A stretch of 64,000 nt of DNA. It comes from Nitrososphaerota archaeon. Lineage in GTDB: Archaea; Thermoproteota; Nitrososphaeria; Nitrososphaerales; Gagatemarchaeaceae. Under the pieces are notes generated by a model, which saw nothing but the letters and a program-made list of their open reading frames with translations, was not told the origin of the DNA and did not search any database. The stretch is taken from positions 12,892-76,891 of the forward strand of contig JAPCJK010000001.1 in assembly GCA_027886975.1 (NCBI GenBank), in the 5' to 3' direction. A program made the position numbers and the translations under genes. Positions within the stretch are counted from its first letter, which is position 1, and the number at the start of each line of letters is the position of its first letter. Shown piece by piece: positions 35,800 to 45,544 of the stretch.

Positions 35800-36198
35800 T
35801 TGGTCAGCGCCACAAGAGCCGCCGCCACGATATTGGGAATCGCAGCCGGGTTGCTAGGCACCTTCCACGGATACAACGAAACGCTTCAGGGCAGCACGAC
35901 CCCGAGCGGCATTCTCATCAACGCGATCGGTCCTCCTTGCCAGGGGAACGCATGTTTTCCTGCCATGACGGTCGTCCCCAACTTTTTCTACACTGGCGTG
36001 CTGGCGATCATCGTCTCGCTATTCATCCTGCTCAAAGCCGTGGCATTCGTTCAGAGGAAGAACAGTGGTCTATGGATGATTGGGCTGTCGATAGTGCAAC
36101 TTCTGGTTGGAGGAGGGTTTCTTCCGCCCCTCCATGGCCTTGCGTCGGGAATCATTAGCACCAGAATCAAACGGAACGCCCCAGTCGTTGGGTCCTAG
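35800..36198 (+). CDS. Hypothetical membrane protein
   Basis: Three to four TM segments; HG..E.LQG, PAMTVVPNF and LLVGGGF motifs. Confidence 0.75.
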   Translation: MVSATRAAATILGIAAGLLGTFHGYNETLQGSTTPSGILINAIGPPCQGNACFPAMTVVPNFFYTGVLAIIVSLFILLKAVAFVQRKNSGLWMIGLSIVQLLVGGGFLPPLHGLASGIISTRIKRNAPVVGS

Positions 36199-36240
36199 TC
36201 GCTTCCTCGGGAAGAGACCCTCGCGGAGTTCGTGGGCTTC

Positions 36241-37281
36241 ATGACCTCTCCCCCAATGAAGAAGCCTAATCGCATCATGATTGGCCTGGTCCTTCTCTCG
36301 CTGGTTGTGGCTTCGGTGCTCATCTATCTTTGGGCACCTTCTTTTGCCTCTCGTTATGGCAGGATTGCAGACAGCCCCATAGCGGGTCAACGCAACTCGG
36401 GGCAGGCGGATGCGGGCTCGGACATCTTCAACGGCAACCTCTACGTCGTAGGCGGTTATGGTTACGGGGCCAATGATAGATTGGATTCGGTTTCAATATT
36501 TTCGTCAACAAACGGGACCTGGAGCGTTGGACCCAGGTATCCGGTCAGAGCTTGGGGCCTGGCGTGCGCAGCATTGGGGAAGTCCCTCTATTGCTTTGGC
36601 GGGCTCGGTGCGGGTCCTAGAGTCTTCAAGCTCGAAGGGGACTCGAAGTCATGGATTCGCTTGAAGGACATGCCAAGCGGATACAACAATTCCCAAGGAC
36701 ACGTCGCGATTCCTGATCCCGTAGGGAATCAGATTCTAATCATGGGCTCCTCGAATGATTTGCTCGTCTCCAACAATACCTGGGCGTACCAAATTGACAC
36801 CGACAGTTATGTCCGGAAGCATGACATGCCGCAGGGGAATGCTTGGTTCACAGCAGCTCTGTTCCACGGAACCATCTATACCTTCGGTGGAAGCCTTCGA
36901 TTCCAACCAATCGGAAACACGATTTACGCCTACGATGTCAACAACGATTCATGGAAACAGTTGAGCACGAAGCTCCCGGGGCCGGCCAGATACGGGATGA
37001 TCAGGAACCCAGGCGTAATTGACGGAATCGTTCCAATCGTGGATGGCTATGCTAGCGGCTCGTCATTCTACAACCTGACGTACTTCTACGACGTCCAGAA
37101 GGATTCATTCGTCAGAGGTACTGACACCCTACTCCCCCGGGACGGAATTACAGGAGGAATCATCGGTCACGACCTGCTTGTGACGGGAGGGCGAAACGTC
37201 CGAGGCTCAATACTGAGTCCCCTCATGGGATTGAGGTTCGCTGAGAAGTTGGACCTGGACCCTTACCTGGCGTTTGCATAG
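36241..37281 (+). CDS. Secreted Kelch-repeat beta-propeller protein
   Basis: N-terminal TM; repeated LYVVGG/LYCFGG/IYTFGG...Y...W Kelch units. Confidence 0.85.
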   Translation: MTSPPMKKPNRIMIGLVLLSLVVASVLIYLWAPSFASRYGRIADSPIAGQRNSGQADAGSDIFNGNLYVVGGYGYGANDRLDSVSIFSSTNGTWSVGPRYPVRAWGLACAALGKSLYCFGGLGAGPRVFKLEGDSKSWIRLKDMPSGYNNSQGHVAIPDPVGNQILIMGSSNDLLVSNNTWAYQIDTDSYVRKHDMPQGNAWFTAALFHGTIYTFGGSLRFQPIGNTIYAYDVNNDSWKQLSTKLPGPARYGMIRNPGVIDGIVPIVDGYASGSSFYNLTYFYDVQKDSFVRGTDTLLPRDGITGGIIGHDLLVTGGRNVRGSILSPLMGLRFAEKLDLDPYLAFA

Positions 37282-38069
37282 AGGCAATGCGCCCCCCCTG
37301 AAAGTCGGGTCCAAAGCCTATGAGTAATCACGAGGACAGCTGCCGGAAGAGAAAGCTGTCCGAGAAGCAATAGGATCGGCCCGTAATGCTGGACATTTGG
37401 GATTAACAATAGCGCTCCGATTCCATCCCAATAAGCGTGCAAAAGGATTACCGCCACCAGATTCCTCCCGGTGTACCAGTAGCACGCGCTAAGTGAGACG
37501 GCGCCGATGAAGATTTGGAAGAATCCGAGTGCAGAGACAACACCGAAGCCTTCCACCTGAAGAGCGGGAAGATGGAACAGTGAATAAAGTAGTGCTGAGA
37601 CAGTGACCACGCCGGTTCCGACTCCAAGAATTTGGCCAAGCTCGTTCATTAGATACGCTCTGAAGAAAAACTCCTCGGCCAAGACGATGAACATCAAATT
37701 GAGAAGACCGCGCAGGAATCCTTGCAAGTCAGGGTAGCATGCGAACCCGCCCCCACCGCCGATACAGAGATTGAATGGGGATAGGCCCAGCCCGAAATAC
37801 GCGGTCAAAGTCACAAGAAGAAGTGCGGCTATGACAAGTTCGAATGCCGCAACTCTACCCTTCGACTGGATGCGACGCAGGTATCCACATCTCCAGAGCC
37901 AGAACAACGAAACTAGAATCAGAGAAACAGCCACGAAAAGTGTCTGATTCGGAATGATGACCGGCTCAAGGGGCCCTAGGTACGAAGGCGCCGAATTCGT
38001 CAAGTAGACCAAAACGAAACCGATTGCGAGGGCTAACGCAAGCCGAGCGGTCTGACGGACATGGGTCAA
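37263..38069 (-). CDS. CPBP (CAAX/Abi) intramembrane metalloprotease
   Basis: AEEFFFRAYL, YSLFH, LLHAYWD; TTG 38069 overlaps the oppF stop (TTGA). Confidence 0.88.
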   Translation of the reverse strand: MTHVRQTARLALALAIGFVLVYLTNSAPSYLGPLEPVIIPNQTLFVAVSLILVSLFWLWRCGYLRRIQSKGRVAAFELVIAALLLVTLTAYFGLGLSPFNLCIGGGGGFACYPDLQGFLRGLLNLMFIVLAEEFFFRAYLMNELGQILGVGTGVVTVSALLYSLFHLPALQVEGFGVVSALGFFQIFIGAVSLSACYWYTGRNLVAVILLHAYWDGIGALLLIPNVQHYGPILLLLGQLSLPAAVLVITHRLWTRLSGGAHCLYANAR

Positions 38070-39043
38070 GCCGTTGGCGTTGGTTTGAATTCCTTTGGAT
38101 AAAGATGGCAGTCGCACCAGTGCTGGGGGGCGACTTCGAGAAGTGGTGGATCGACCGTCTTGCAGACATCCATGACGTGCGAGCATCGTGGATTGAAGCT
38201 GCAACCAGGGGGGAGGTCCAGGGCCCCTGCGATTTCACCCATGCTCTGAATCTTCTCGGGCTTCGCCGCTTCTTCCGCGTCGGTGACGACAGGGATGGAC
38301 GAAAGGAGCATTCGAGTGTAGGGATGCAATGGGTTCCGAAAGAATTCCTCTGTGGCGGCCACTTCCCTGACCTTGCCGAGGTACATTATCATCACCCGGT
38401 CAGATACGTTCCTCATCAGACTGAGGTTGTGCGTGATGAACACGTAGGTGAGTCCAAGCTTGTCCTTGAGTCTCATGAGGACGTTGATAATCTTCGCCTG
38501 GATGGAGACGTCGAGAGCGGAAGTCGGTTCGTCAAGAACGACGAGCGACGGATTGGTAGCAAGCGCCCTAGCGATGGCAACCAGCTGTTTCTCGCCTCCC
38601 CCGAGCTCCTCAGGGTACCGGTCCGCGTACTCGACTGGAAGTTCCACGAGCTCGAGAAGCTCGTACACCCTCTGCCTCACAGACTGGCCCCCGCGGTTGA
38701 CTTTGAGTGGGACTTCGAGCGCTTGTTTGACCGATCGTTTCGGGTTGAGAGAGGACGCAGGGTTCTGGAAGACCATCTGAATCTCCCTCTTCATTTGGAC
38801 CGGCCTATCTTTTGCCCTGCTTGGAAGAGGCTTGCCGTTGAAGATAATCTGCCCGGAAGTCGGTGGATATACACCCATTATCATGTTGCCTAGGGTCGTC
38901 TTCCCCGAGCCAGATTCGCCCACCACCCCCAGGACCTCGCCCTTCTGAATTTCAAAATCAACCTCGTCCACTGCCTTTATGACTCCGCCCTTCGCCGGGA
39001 AATACTTCTTCAGGCCCTCTCCGGTCATGATCGGCGAATTCAT
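38066..39043 (-). CDS. oppF: Peptide ABC transporter ATP-binding protein (OppF/DppF)
   Basis: GESGSGKT, LGGGEKQ, LDEPT, HPYT, PPGCSFNPRC. Confidence 0.95.
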   Translation of the reverse strand: MNSPIMTGEGLKKYFPAKGGVIKAVDEVDFEIQKGEVLGVVGESGSGKTTLGNMIMGVYPPTSGQIIFNGKPLPSRAKDRPVQMKREIQMVFQNPASSLNPKRSVKQALEVPLKVNRGGQSVRQRVYELLELVELPVEYADRYPEELGGGEKQLVAIARALATNPSLVVLDEPTSALDVSIQAKIINVLMRLKDKLGLTYVFITHNLSLMRNVSDRVMIMYLGKVREVAATEEFFRNPLHPYTRMLLSSIPVVTDAEEAAKPEKIQSMGEIAGALDLPPGCSFNPRCSHVMDVCKTVDPPLLEVAPQHWCDCHLYPKEFKPTPTA

Positions 39044-40017
39044 TTGGAACGATGCCCTTCATCGTATAGAAAACAAGCGGCTTTCTGGTCAGTTCCGGCC
39101 TTATACATTCGCGGGACCTGGTCGCACACCTCCATCCTGTAGGGACATCTGGTGACGAACCTGCAGCCTGAAGGAGGAGTAAGATAGCTGGGCACTTGGC
39201 CAAGTATGCCCTCAGGCACTCCACCGCCGGTGAGTTTCGGCACCGCCTTGATCAGCATCTGGGTGTAGGGATGCTGCGGGTTGTTGAATACCTCTTTGGT
39301 AGGCCCTTCTTCGACTATCGTCCCCGCATACATCACATAGATCCTGTCCACGAAGTTCTTGACCGTCCCGAGGGCGTGGGTGATGAGTATGACCGAGATC
39401 TCCTTCTCCTCCACGATTTTCTTGAGAAGCCTCATGATTTGGTCTTCGATGGTGACGTCGAGTGAGGTCCCGGGTTCGTCAGCGATCAGTAACTCGTTCG
39501 CCGAGACGAGGGCCATTGCGATGCTGACGCGCTGTTTCATTCCTCCGCTCAACTGAAACGGGTAGCTGTCGAGAATCCTTTCAGGTTCCGGGAGCGCGGC
39601 TTCCTTCAGATACTTCAGGGCTCCTTCGTGCGTCTCCTCCTTCGACAAGCGTGTGTCTGCCGAGAACTTGATGATGTCGTAGAGCTGCTGTCTGATTGTG
39701 AAGACGGGGTTAAGCGCGGCGGATGGGTCCTGAAAGATCATTGACATCTTCTTCCGTCTCAAGTCCCTGAGTCTCCCTTTCGCCATTGTGAGGACGTCCT
39801 CGCCGGCGTACCTCACCTCCCCTCCCGCTATCTTCGCGTTGCTTGCGAGGAGCCTCATTACAGACTTGACTGTAGTTGTCTTCCCGCAGGCAGATTCTCC
39901 AATGATTCCGACCTTCTCCCCCTTTTCGAGAGAGATGTTGACTCCATTGAGTACCTTGAGCGTTCCTTCGTAGACGCGGTAGTTGACCCTCAGGTCCTTC
40001 ACTTCAAGGAGGGGCAC
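39040..40017 (-). CDS. oppD: Peptide ABC transporter ATP-binding protein (OppD/DppD)
   Basis: GESACGKT, LSGGMKQR, IADEP, HPYT, PSGCRF..RC. Confidence 0.95.
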   Translation of the reverse strand: MPLLEVKDLRVNYRVYEGTLKVLNGVNISLEKGEKVGIIGESACGKTTTVKSVMRLLASNAKIAGGEVRYAGEDVLTMAKGRLRDLRRKKMSMIFQDPSAALNPVFTIRQQLYDIIKFSADTRLSKEETHEGALKYLKEAALPEPERILDSYPFQLSGGMKQRVSIAMALVSANELLIADEPGTSLDVTIEDQIMRLLKKIVEEKEISVILITHALGTVKNFVDRIYVMYAGTIVEEGPTKEVFNNPQHPYTQMLIKAVPKLTGGGVPEGILGQVPSYLTPPSGCRFVTRCPYRMEVCDQVPRMYKAGTDQKAACFLYDEGHRSK

Positions 40018-40025
40018 CTAGACAC

Positions 40026-40904
40026 TCACGAGATTCCTGACGAGAACATGTCGTTGATTCCGTCCCCAAGGAGATTGAAACCCAAGATTACTACGACTAT
40101 GGCGAACGCAGGGAAGATGCTTATCCACCATTGTGCTGGCAGATATGCCGCTCCTTCGGCGATCATCGTGCCGAGGTCAGGTGTCGGAGCTTGCGCTCCC
40201 AGCCCGACGTAGCTGAGTGAGGCACCTATCAGGATGACCCAGCCGCAGTCCAATGTTACTTTCGTTAGGATTGAGCCCAGTGAGTTCGGAAGTATTTCTT
40301 TGAACATTATGTGCCATCTGCTGGCCCCCACCAACTCGGCTGCACGAACGTAGTCCTCGTTCCTGATCGATGACGAAGAACTGTAGACCAGCCTGGTGTA
40401 CCAGGGCCACCAGGCCAGAGAGACCGCCAGCATCGCGTTGACAGCACTCGGGGTGAGCACCGAAGCCACTGACAGCGCGAGAAGCAGAGGCGGAACCGCC
40501 ACGAAGACGTCGGCGAGCCTCATTATCACGACGCTGATCCCCCTCCCATTGTAGTACCCCGCAATCAGACCCAGGATGACTCCTGGCGCCACGCTGATTG
40601 AGAGAACTACGACCATCAGCATCAGGGAGTATTGGAACCCGAACATGATGCGACTGAATATGTCACGCCCAATCTCCTCCGTGCCGAATACGTGAGTTCC
40701 AGAGGGGGCTTGGCCCGCAGCCGCGAAGTTGACGAACAGACCTGCGTTGCTAGGATAGGGAGATAACCATGGCGCGAAGAGCGCGATGAAGATGACCGCG
40801 ATGATTGCGGCCAGTCCAATGATAGACAGCTTGTTTCGTCTGAACTTGTACCAGTATCTCCCGTACCTTTCAGAGAGACTCCTCCCCGACTTCAGGTTAT
40901 TCAC
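40026..40904 (-). CDS. oppC: Peptide ABC transporter permease (OppC/DppC)
   Basis: FGTEEIGRDIFSR, EAA loop YVRAAELVGAS, GFNLLGDG; GTG 40904 overlaps the end of oppB. Confidence 0.95.
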   Translation of the reverse strand: MNNLKSGRSLSERYGRYWYKFRRNKLSIIGLAAIIAVIFIALFAPWLSPYPSNAGLFVNFAAAGQAPSGTHVFGTEEIGRDIFSRIMFGFQYSLMLMVVVLSISVAPGVILGLIAGYYNGRGISVVIMRLADVFVAVPPLLLALSVASVLTPSAVNAMLAVSLAWWPWYTRLVYSSSSSIRNEDYVRAAELVGASRWHIMFKEILPNSLGSILTKVTLDCGWVILIGASLSYVGLGAQAPTPDLGTMIAEGAAYLPAQWWISIFPAFAIVVVILGFNLLGDGINDMFSSGIS

Positions 40905-41961
40905 CGCTTCTCCCTCGCAGCCTAATCCGTGGGTCAAGGTACCCAACGACCAAGTCAACGAGGATGTTGGCTACAGCGAACATGATTCCGGCCACAAGGA
41001 CCACGGCCACGATCGCGTTCAGGTCCTTGCTCAGCATCGCATTGAGGCCGTATCTCGAAAACCCTGGCCAGTTGAAAATCAGCTCTATGAGGAATGCGTT
41101 CCCTATCTGTGCCGAAATGTCGAGTGCGTAGATGGTGATGGTAGGAATGAGCGACGGCTTCATTAGATACTTCAGGGCGATGGTCCTCTCCGGAAGGCCG
41201 TGGGAGATTTCCGAGAGGGTGTAGTCGCTGTGGAGGTTTTCTACCACTGCCGAGCGCATTATCCTTGCTTCCTGCGCAATCGGGCCGAGAGCAAGGGCGA
41301 AGGCGGGCAGAACCAGATGCCAGAGCGCATCTCCGAAGGCCCCGAAGTTCCCGGTGAGCAGTGAGTCGATCGTGTAAAGTCCCGTGATGGTCGGTGGAGG
41401 AGCAGTGGTTTGGCTCAGCCTCCCAATGATGGGGAATAGGTGCGTTCCGTACCCCAGGGAGATTTGAAGCAGCACGGCGACGACAAAGGATGGGATAGCT
41501 ATGCCAATGTACGACAGGATTCTCACGCCGTTGTCGACCGCAGAGTTGGCGTATCTTCCTGCTACGAGGCCGAGCGGCACAGCAATCAGCAGATCGATTA
41601 TGGCTGCAACCGCAATCAGTTCTACCGTGGAGGGCAGGAACTCCTGCACATCAAGCAGAACGTTTCGCTGCGTGAAGAGGGCAATGCCCCAGTCTCCAGT
41701 GAATATCCCTTGGACCCAGTAGAAGTATTGGACGAAAATCGGGTCGTTCAGATGCATCTGGGCCCGTAGCGCGTCCACCACCGCTTGCGGAACGCGGGGC
41801 CCCAGCGCAAGCCTTGCGGGGTCGCCCGGGAGGACTCTGGCTATTACGAAAATCAGTATTGAAAGGCCCGCCAGAGAAATCGCAGAGTAACCAATCCTCT
41901 TCAGGATGAAGGACCACGAGCTTCCGCGGATGTTCGTCCTAGGCCGCCATCCTCCCGTCAG
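40897..41961 (-). CDS. oppB: Peptide ABC transporter permease (OppB/DppB), probable CTG start
   Basis: FILKRIGY..ISLAGLSILIFVIARVLPGDPA lies upstream of the tracked start (41781). CTG 41961 is the first plausible start after an in-frame TGA; the gene ends LDPRIR. Confidence 0.92.
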   Translation of the reverse strand: MTGGWRPRTNIRGSSWSFILKRIGYSAISLAGLSILIFVIARVLPGDPARLALGPRVPQAVVDALRAQMHLNDPIFVQYFYWVQGIFTGDWGIALFTQRNVLLDVQEFLPSTVELIAVAAIIDLLIAVPLGLVAGRYANSAVDNGVRILSYIGIAIPSFVVAVLLQISLGYGTHLFPIIGRLSQTTAPPPTITGLYTIDSLLTGNFGAFGDALWHLVLPAFALALGPIAQEARIMRSAVVENLHSDYTLSEISHGLPERTIALKYLMKPSLIPTITIYALDISAQIGNAFLIELIFNWPGFSRYGLNAMLSKDLNAIVAVVLVAGIMFAVANILVDLVVGYLDPRIRLRGRSGE

Positions 41962-42019
41962 CGCGGGATAATCTTGGCCTCACCACGCGATCGAACAAAA
42001 ATAGGGCCGCACTAGGTCG

Positions 42020-43717
42020 TTAGCCCAGTGCGGAAAGCTGCGATGGGAAGAACTGGAAGTCCCTGAAGTAGAAGTCATACCCCAACAAGGGGATCGGGTG
42101 ACCGTTGGCTGCATACCAGTTGACGACGGTTGGATAGTAGGCCCTTGCCTCATAGACATCGAAGGCGTAGATGGTCGGATATTGGTTGTAGATTTGTGTT
42201 TGGACACCGGCGTAGGCCTGGAAGCGAGCGGTCTGGTCTAGGGTGGACAAAGCGCTGGAGACGAGATGGTCAAGGGTCGAGTTCTGGAGCCATTCGTTCT
42301 GCTCCCAAGTCCCAACCGACGCCGAGGTGTACCTTGACTGAAGGACCGAGCCAGCCTCGAAGTAGCTCGCGCCGTCCTCAATCGAAACTACGTTGGGGGC
42401 ACTTGCTTGCTTGGCCAGGTCTGCTACCACTGTCAACCATGGTTGTTGGAGTACTTGGACGGTTATCCCGATCTGCTGCATGTCCGAAGCGAATTGGAGT
42501 GCCAGCTTCTGCTCTGCGGGGACCTCGGAGACCCAGAAGTACTTCACTGGGTAGTCTCCCAGGTGGCCGGCGTACTTCGATTTGGCTATGGTCTGTTTGG
42601 CTAGCGCAATGTTCTGCGCTGAAGCTGGGATGTTCGAGTTATGGCCTGGCAAAGAGGTTGGGACAGGACCTGCCGAGGGCTTGGACCCTTGGAAGATGTT
42701 GTTGACGATGGCCGAGTAGTTGAGAGCCTGAGACATTGCCTGCCTGACGTAGACGTCGTCCGTGGGGGCCGCCTTTGTGTTGAGCATCAGGTACATCTCA
42801 TTGACTGTCGGGATGGTGGCCAGTTTGGCTCCATTGCCCTGGGCGAGTGCAATAATGGTGGAATACGGCTGCCACTGGTCAGTTATCTGAATCTGATGGC
42901 TGCTGAAGAGGGCCTGTGTTGAGGATGTGCTCCCCAACATTTGAACAGTGCTTGGCTGATTCGGCTGGGTACCATTCCAGTAGCCGGTGAACGCCGAGAA
43001 GGTCATCGAAGACTCCAGGTTGGCTGCTGAAATCGAATAAGGACCCGAACCGGCGTCGTGCGTGAGCAACCATGCCGACCCGTAGTCCTTGTTGCTCCCA
43101 TATTGTGTTCCAGTAGCGACTTCGTTGGCTTCCACCTGCTTTTGGTCGAGGACGTACAGTCGCACCAGTGCCGTAAGGAACGGGCCGAACGACTGTTTCA
43201 GCTTGATGACCACTGTCGAGCTATCGGAGGCGGTGATGCTGGCAATGTAGGGCGCGAAAAGATACGAGTATCCTTGTCCGATTGTTGTCAGCCTGTTCAT
43301 CGAGAACGCTACGTCGCTCGCACTCAGCGTATCCCCGTTGTGGAACTTCACGCCTTGCCTGATTGTGAATGTGTAGGTCAGACCGTCGCTGGAAACCTGC
43401 CAGTTTGTCGCCAAGTCATGCTGAAGGGTTCCCGCTGACGTTGGAAAGACCAGGGTGTCGTACACGTTGGCAAGCGCTGCCGAGCCAGCTTCGTCCGAAC
43501 CCACGGCTGGGTCAGCCTTGGGGACGTTTGCGAACGTTATGCTCAGAGTGCCAGAGGCCAACGCTCCTGTCGTCGATGATGTGGTGTGGGCGGGAGGAGT
43601 GCTGGTGGTTGAAAGATAGTATGCTGAGACTCCTACGACCGCTAGAAGGACGATGATGACAACTACTGCTGTCATTCTGCCTATTGCAGTTCTTTCATGT
43701 AGGCCCAGTATTTTCAT
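42020..43717 (-). CDS. oppA: Peptide ABC transporter substrate-binding protein (family 5)
   Basis: N-terminal TM, VYDTLV, DLATNWQVSSDGLTYTFTIRQGVKFHNG, GSGPY, VRQAMSQA. Confidence 0.95.
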   Translation of the reverse strand: MKILGLHERTAIGRMTAVVVIIVLLAVVGVSAYYLSTTSTPPAHTTSSTTGALASGTLSITFANVPKADPAVGSDEAGSAALANVYDTLVFPTSAGTLQHDLATNWQVSSDGLTYTFTIRQGVKFHNGDTLSASDVAFSMNRLTTIGQGYSYLFAPYIASITASDSSTVVIKLKQSFGPFLTALVRLYVLDQKQVEANEVATGTQYGSNKDYGSAWLLTHDAGSGPYSISAANLESSMTFSAFTGYWNGTQPNQPSTVQMLGSTSSTQALFSSHQIQITDQWQPYSTIIALAQGNGAKLATIPTVNEMYLMLNTKAAPTDDVYVRQAMSQALNYSAIVNNIFQGSKPSAGPVPTSLPGHNSNIPASAQNIALAKQTIAKSKYAGHLGDYPVKYFWVSEVPAEQKLALQFASDMQQIGITVQVLQQPWLTVVADLAKQASAPNVVSIEDGASYFEAGSVLQSRYTSASVGTWEQNEWLQNSTLDHLVSSALSTLDQTARFQAYAGVQTQIYNQYPTIYAFDVYEARAYYPTVVNWYAANGHPIPLLGYDFYFRDFQFFPSQLSALG

Positions 43718-43794
43718 CTGTGTCGCGCTTGAAGCCCCGAGGATTATTTAGGGGTTATCGGGGGCCTCGATGAAGCGATACGACTGGCCGCGGG

Positions 43795-45540
43795 CTATTT
43801 TGGCGAGCTGAGAAAGCTATTCCGGAGACTCTTGGTTGCTCCGAGATTAACTTTCATCTGGATTTCGTCAATGGCTACGCCGTACTCGTTCTTTGCCTGT
43901 TCTACGGTGACATATCCGTCGACTACATCATTGAGGACCCTCTCAGGGTCCCTCTCAAGCGGGTCCCCGAAGCCGCCCCCGCCTCCGGTCCTGAGCCTAA
44001 TGAGGTCGTGCGCCTGCAGCGACTCGGCTGCCACCTTCCGGAGTCTCCGGGGGGCTTGATTCGCCTTCTCAAGTATGAAGTAATTTGGCGTCCCCTTCCC
44101 CCCTCCGTTCATCCCCCAGCACGGATAGAGCGAGCGTCCCATAGACGAAGTGAAACTCGCGTTGGAGTTGTTTATCCTGTAGTCTTTCATGATTCCGAAG
44201 CCACCTCGGAACTTGCCCTTCCCCGAACCATCGCCGATGTTCAACGAGTACTGCTCAACTACTATCGGGTATCGGACCTCCATTACTTCGTTGGACATGA
44301 TGTATGTCTCCCCATCCCCCGAGCATACAAGCCCGCTTTCGCCGTCTTTCCCCAGCGCGCCTCCCCACCCTCCGGGCTGCGGCTCGACAATGGCGAAAGG
44401 TTGCTTAGTCCTATCGTCCATCCCCCCGACTATTGTTGCGCAGACGCTGAGGAAATGCCCAGCCGACAACTTGTCAGGGATCATGGGCGCCAAGGCATGC
44501 CACACGAGGTCAGTGATGAAAGCCATCGATTCCCAATAGGTGGAGGTCGGAGCGGGTGGAATCGGGTTGAAAATAGTGCCCGGGTCGGCGAGTACCTTGA
44601 GCGCCCTGAAGTTGCCGTCGCTTACGGGGCCGTGAGTGTCTGTGACGGCTTTGAAGATTGCCCTTGCGGCCGAGACCGTGGCGCACCAGGGGCAGTTGAT
44701 CGAACCCCTGGCCTGTTTCCCCGACCCTCTGAGGTCGACGATGAATTCGTCGTCGGATATTGTGATCCTCGCCCTGACAGGGACAGGGATGTCTGTGATC
44801 CCGTCGTCGTCGACAGTGTCTTCGACTTCGAACGTTCCATGCGGGAGCTCCTTCAACCTGAGCTTAGTGAGCTTCTCCCCTTTCTTCTGGATCCTGTCCA
44901 TCGCTTCGAGGATGGTGTTGACGCCGTACTTCTTGCACATGTCCTCAATCCTCTTCGCCCCGACCCTTAGAGACGCCGCGTGCGCTTCCATGTCTCCGAG
45001 GGTCATATCGGGTGTCCTGACGTTCGCCCTGATCATGTCTACCATGGCCTGGTTCACTTTGCCTTTCTCGAACAGTTTGATGGGAGGGAAGATGAGTCCC
45101 TCTTGGTAAATCTCCGTGGAGTCCGAAGTCCAGCTCCCGAAGTGCATGCCGCCCACCTCGCTCCAGTGCCCCTTGATTGCGGAGTAAGCGACGATTCGGC
45201 CTTGGACGAAAACGGGCATGATGAGGTTCACGTCGTTGAGGTGCGTGCCGCTGGTATAGGGGATGTTGACGATGCATATGTCCCCGGGTGAGAATCCGTC
45301 TTTGCCAAATTTCTTGATGCAGTCTTGCACTGCCATGTCAAGAGTTCCGAGAAAGCCGGGGACGCCGTTCGCCTGCGCTATGAGTAGGCCGTCGGCGTCT
45401 GTGAGACCGGCCGCGTAATCGAGGACTTCGTAGATGACAGGGCTCTTGCTTGCCCTCCCAAAGGCGGAGAACGTCTCTTCCGCCGATGCGATCAGGCTAC
45501 TTTCGATGATGTCCAGCGTGAAGTCCGATAGCTTGGCCAT
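43795..45540 (-). CDS. hyuB: Hydantoinase B / oxoprolinase family protein
   Basis: GTHLND, HWSEVGG, EIYQEGL, GKFRGG, TGGGGGFGDPLERDP. Confidence 0.93.
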   Translation of the reverse strand: MAKLSDFTLDIIESSLIASAEETFSAFGRASKSPVIYEVLDYAAGLTDADGLLIAQANGVPGFLGTLDMAVQDCIKKFGKDGFSPGDICIVNIPYTSGTHLNDVNLIMPVFVQGRIVAYSAIKGHWSEVGGMHFGSWTSDSTEIYQEGLIFPPIKLFEKGKVNQAMVDMIRANVRTPDMTLGDMEAHAASLRVGAKRIEDMCKKYGVNTILEAMDRIQKKGEKLTKLRLKELPHGTFEVEDTVDDDGITDIPVPVRARITISDDEFIVDLRGSGKQARGSINCPWCATVSAARAIFKAVTDTHGPVSDGNFRALKVLADPGTIFNPIPPAPTSTYWESMAFITDLVWHALAPMIPDKLSAGHFLSVCATIVGGMDDRTKQPFAIVEPQPGGWGGALGKDGESGLVCSGDGETYIMSNEVMEVRYPIVVEQYSLNIGDGSGKGKFRGGFGIMKDYRINNSNASFTSSMGRSLYPCWGMNGGGKGTPNYFILEKANQAPRRLRKVAAESLQAHDLIRLRTGGGGGFGDPLERDPERVLNDVVDGYVTVEQAKNEYGVAIDEIQMKVNLGATKSLRNSFLSSPK

Positions 45541-45544
45541 TTTG

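Noticed and set aside
44008..44970. 320-aa plus-strand ORF and similar long antisense ORFs (e.g. 38024..38893, 19..852)
   Set aside because: GC-driven shadow frames opposite well-supported genes.
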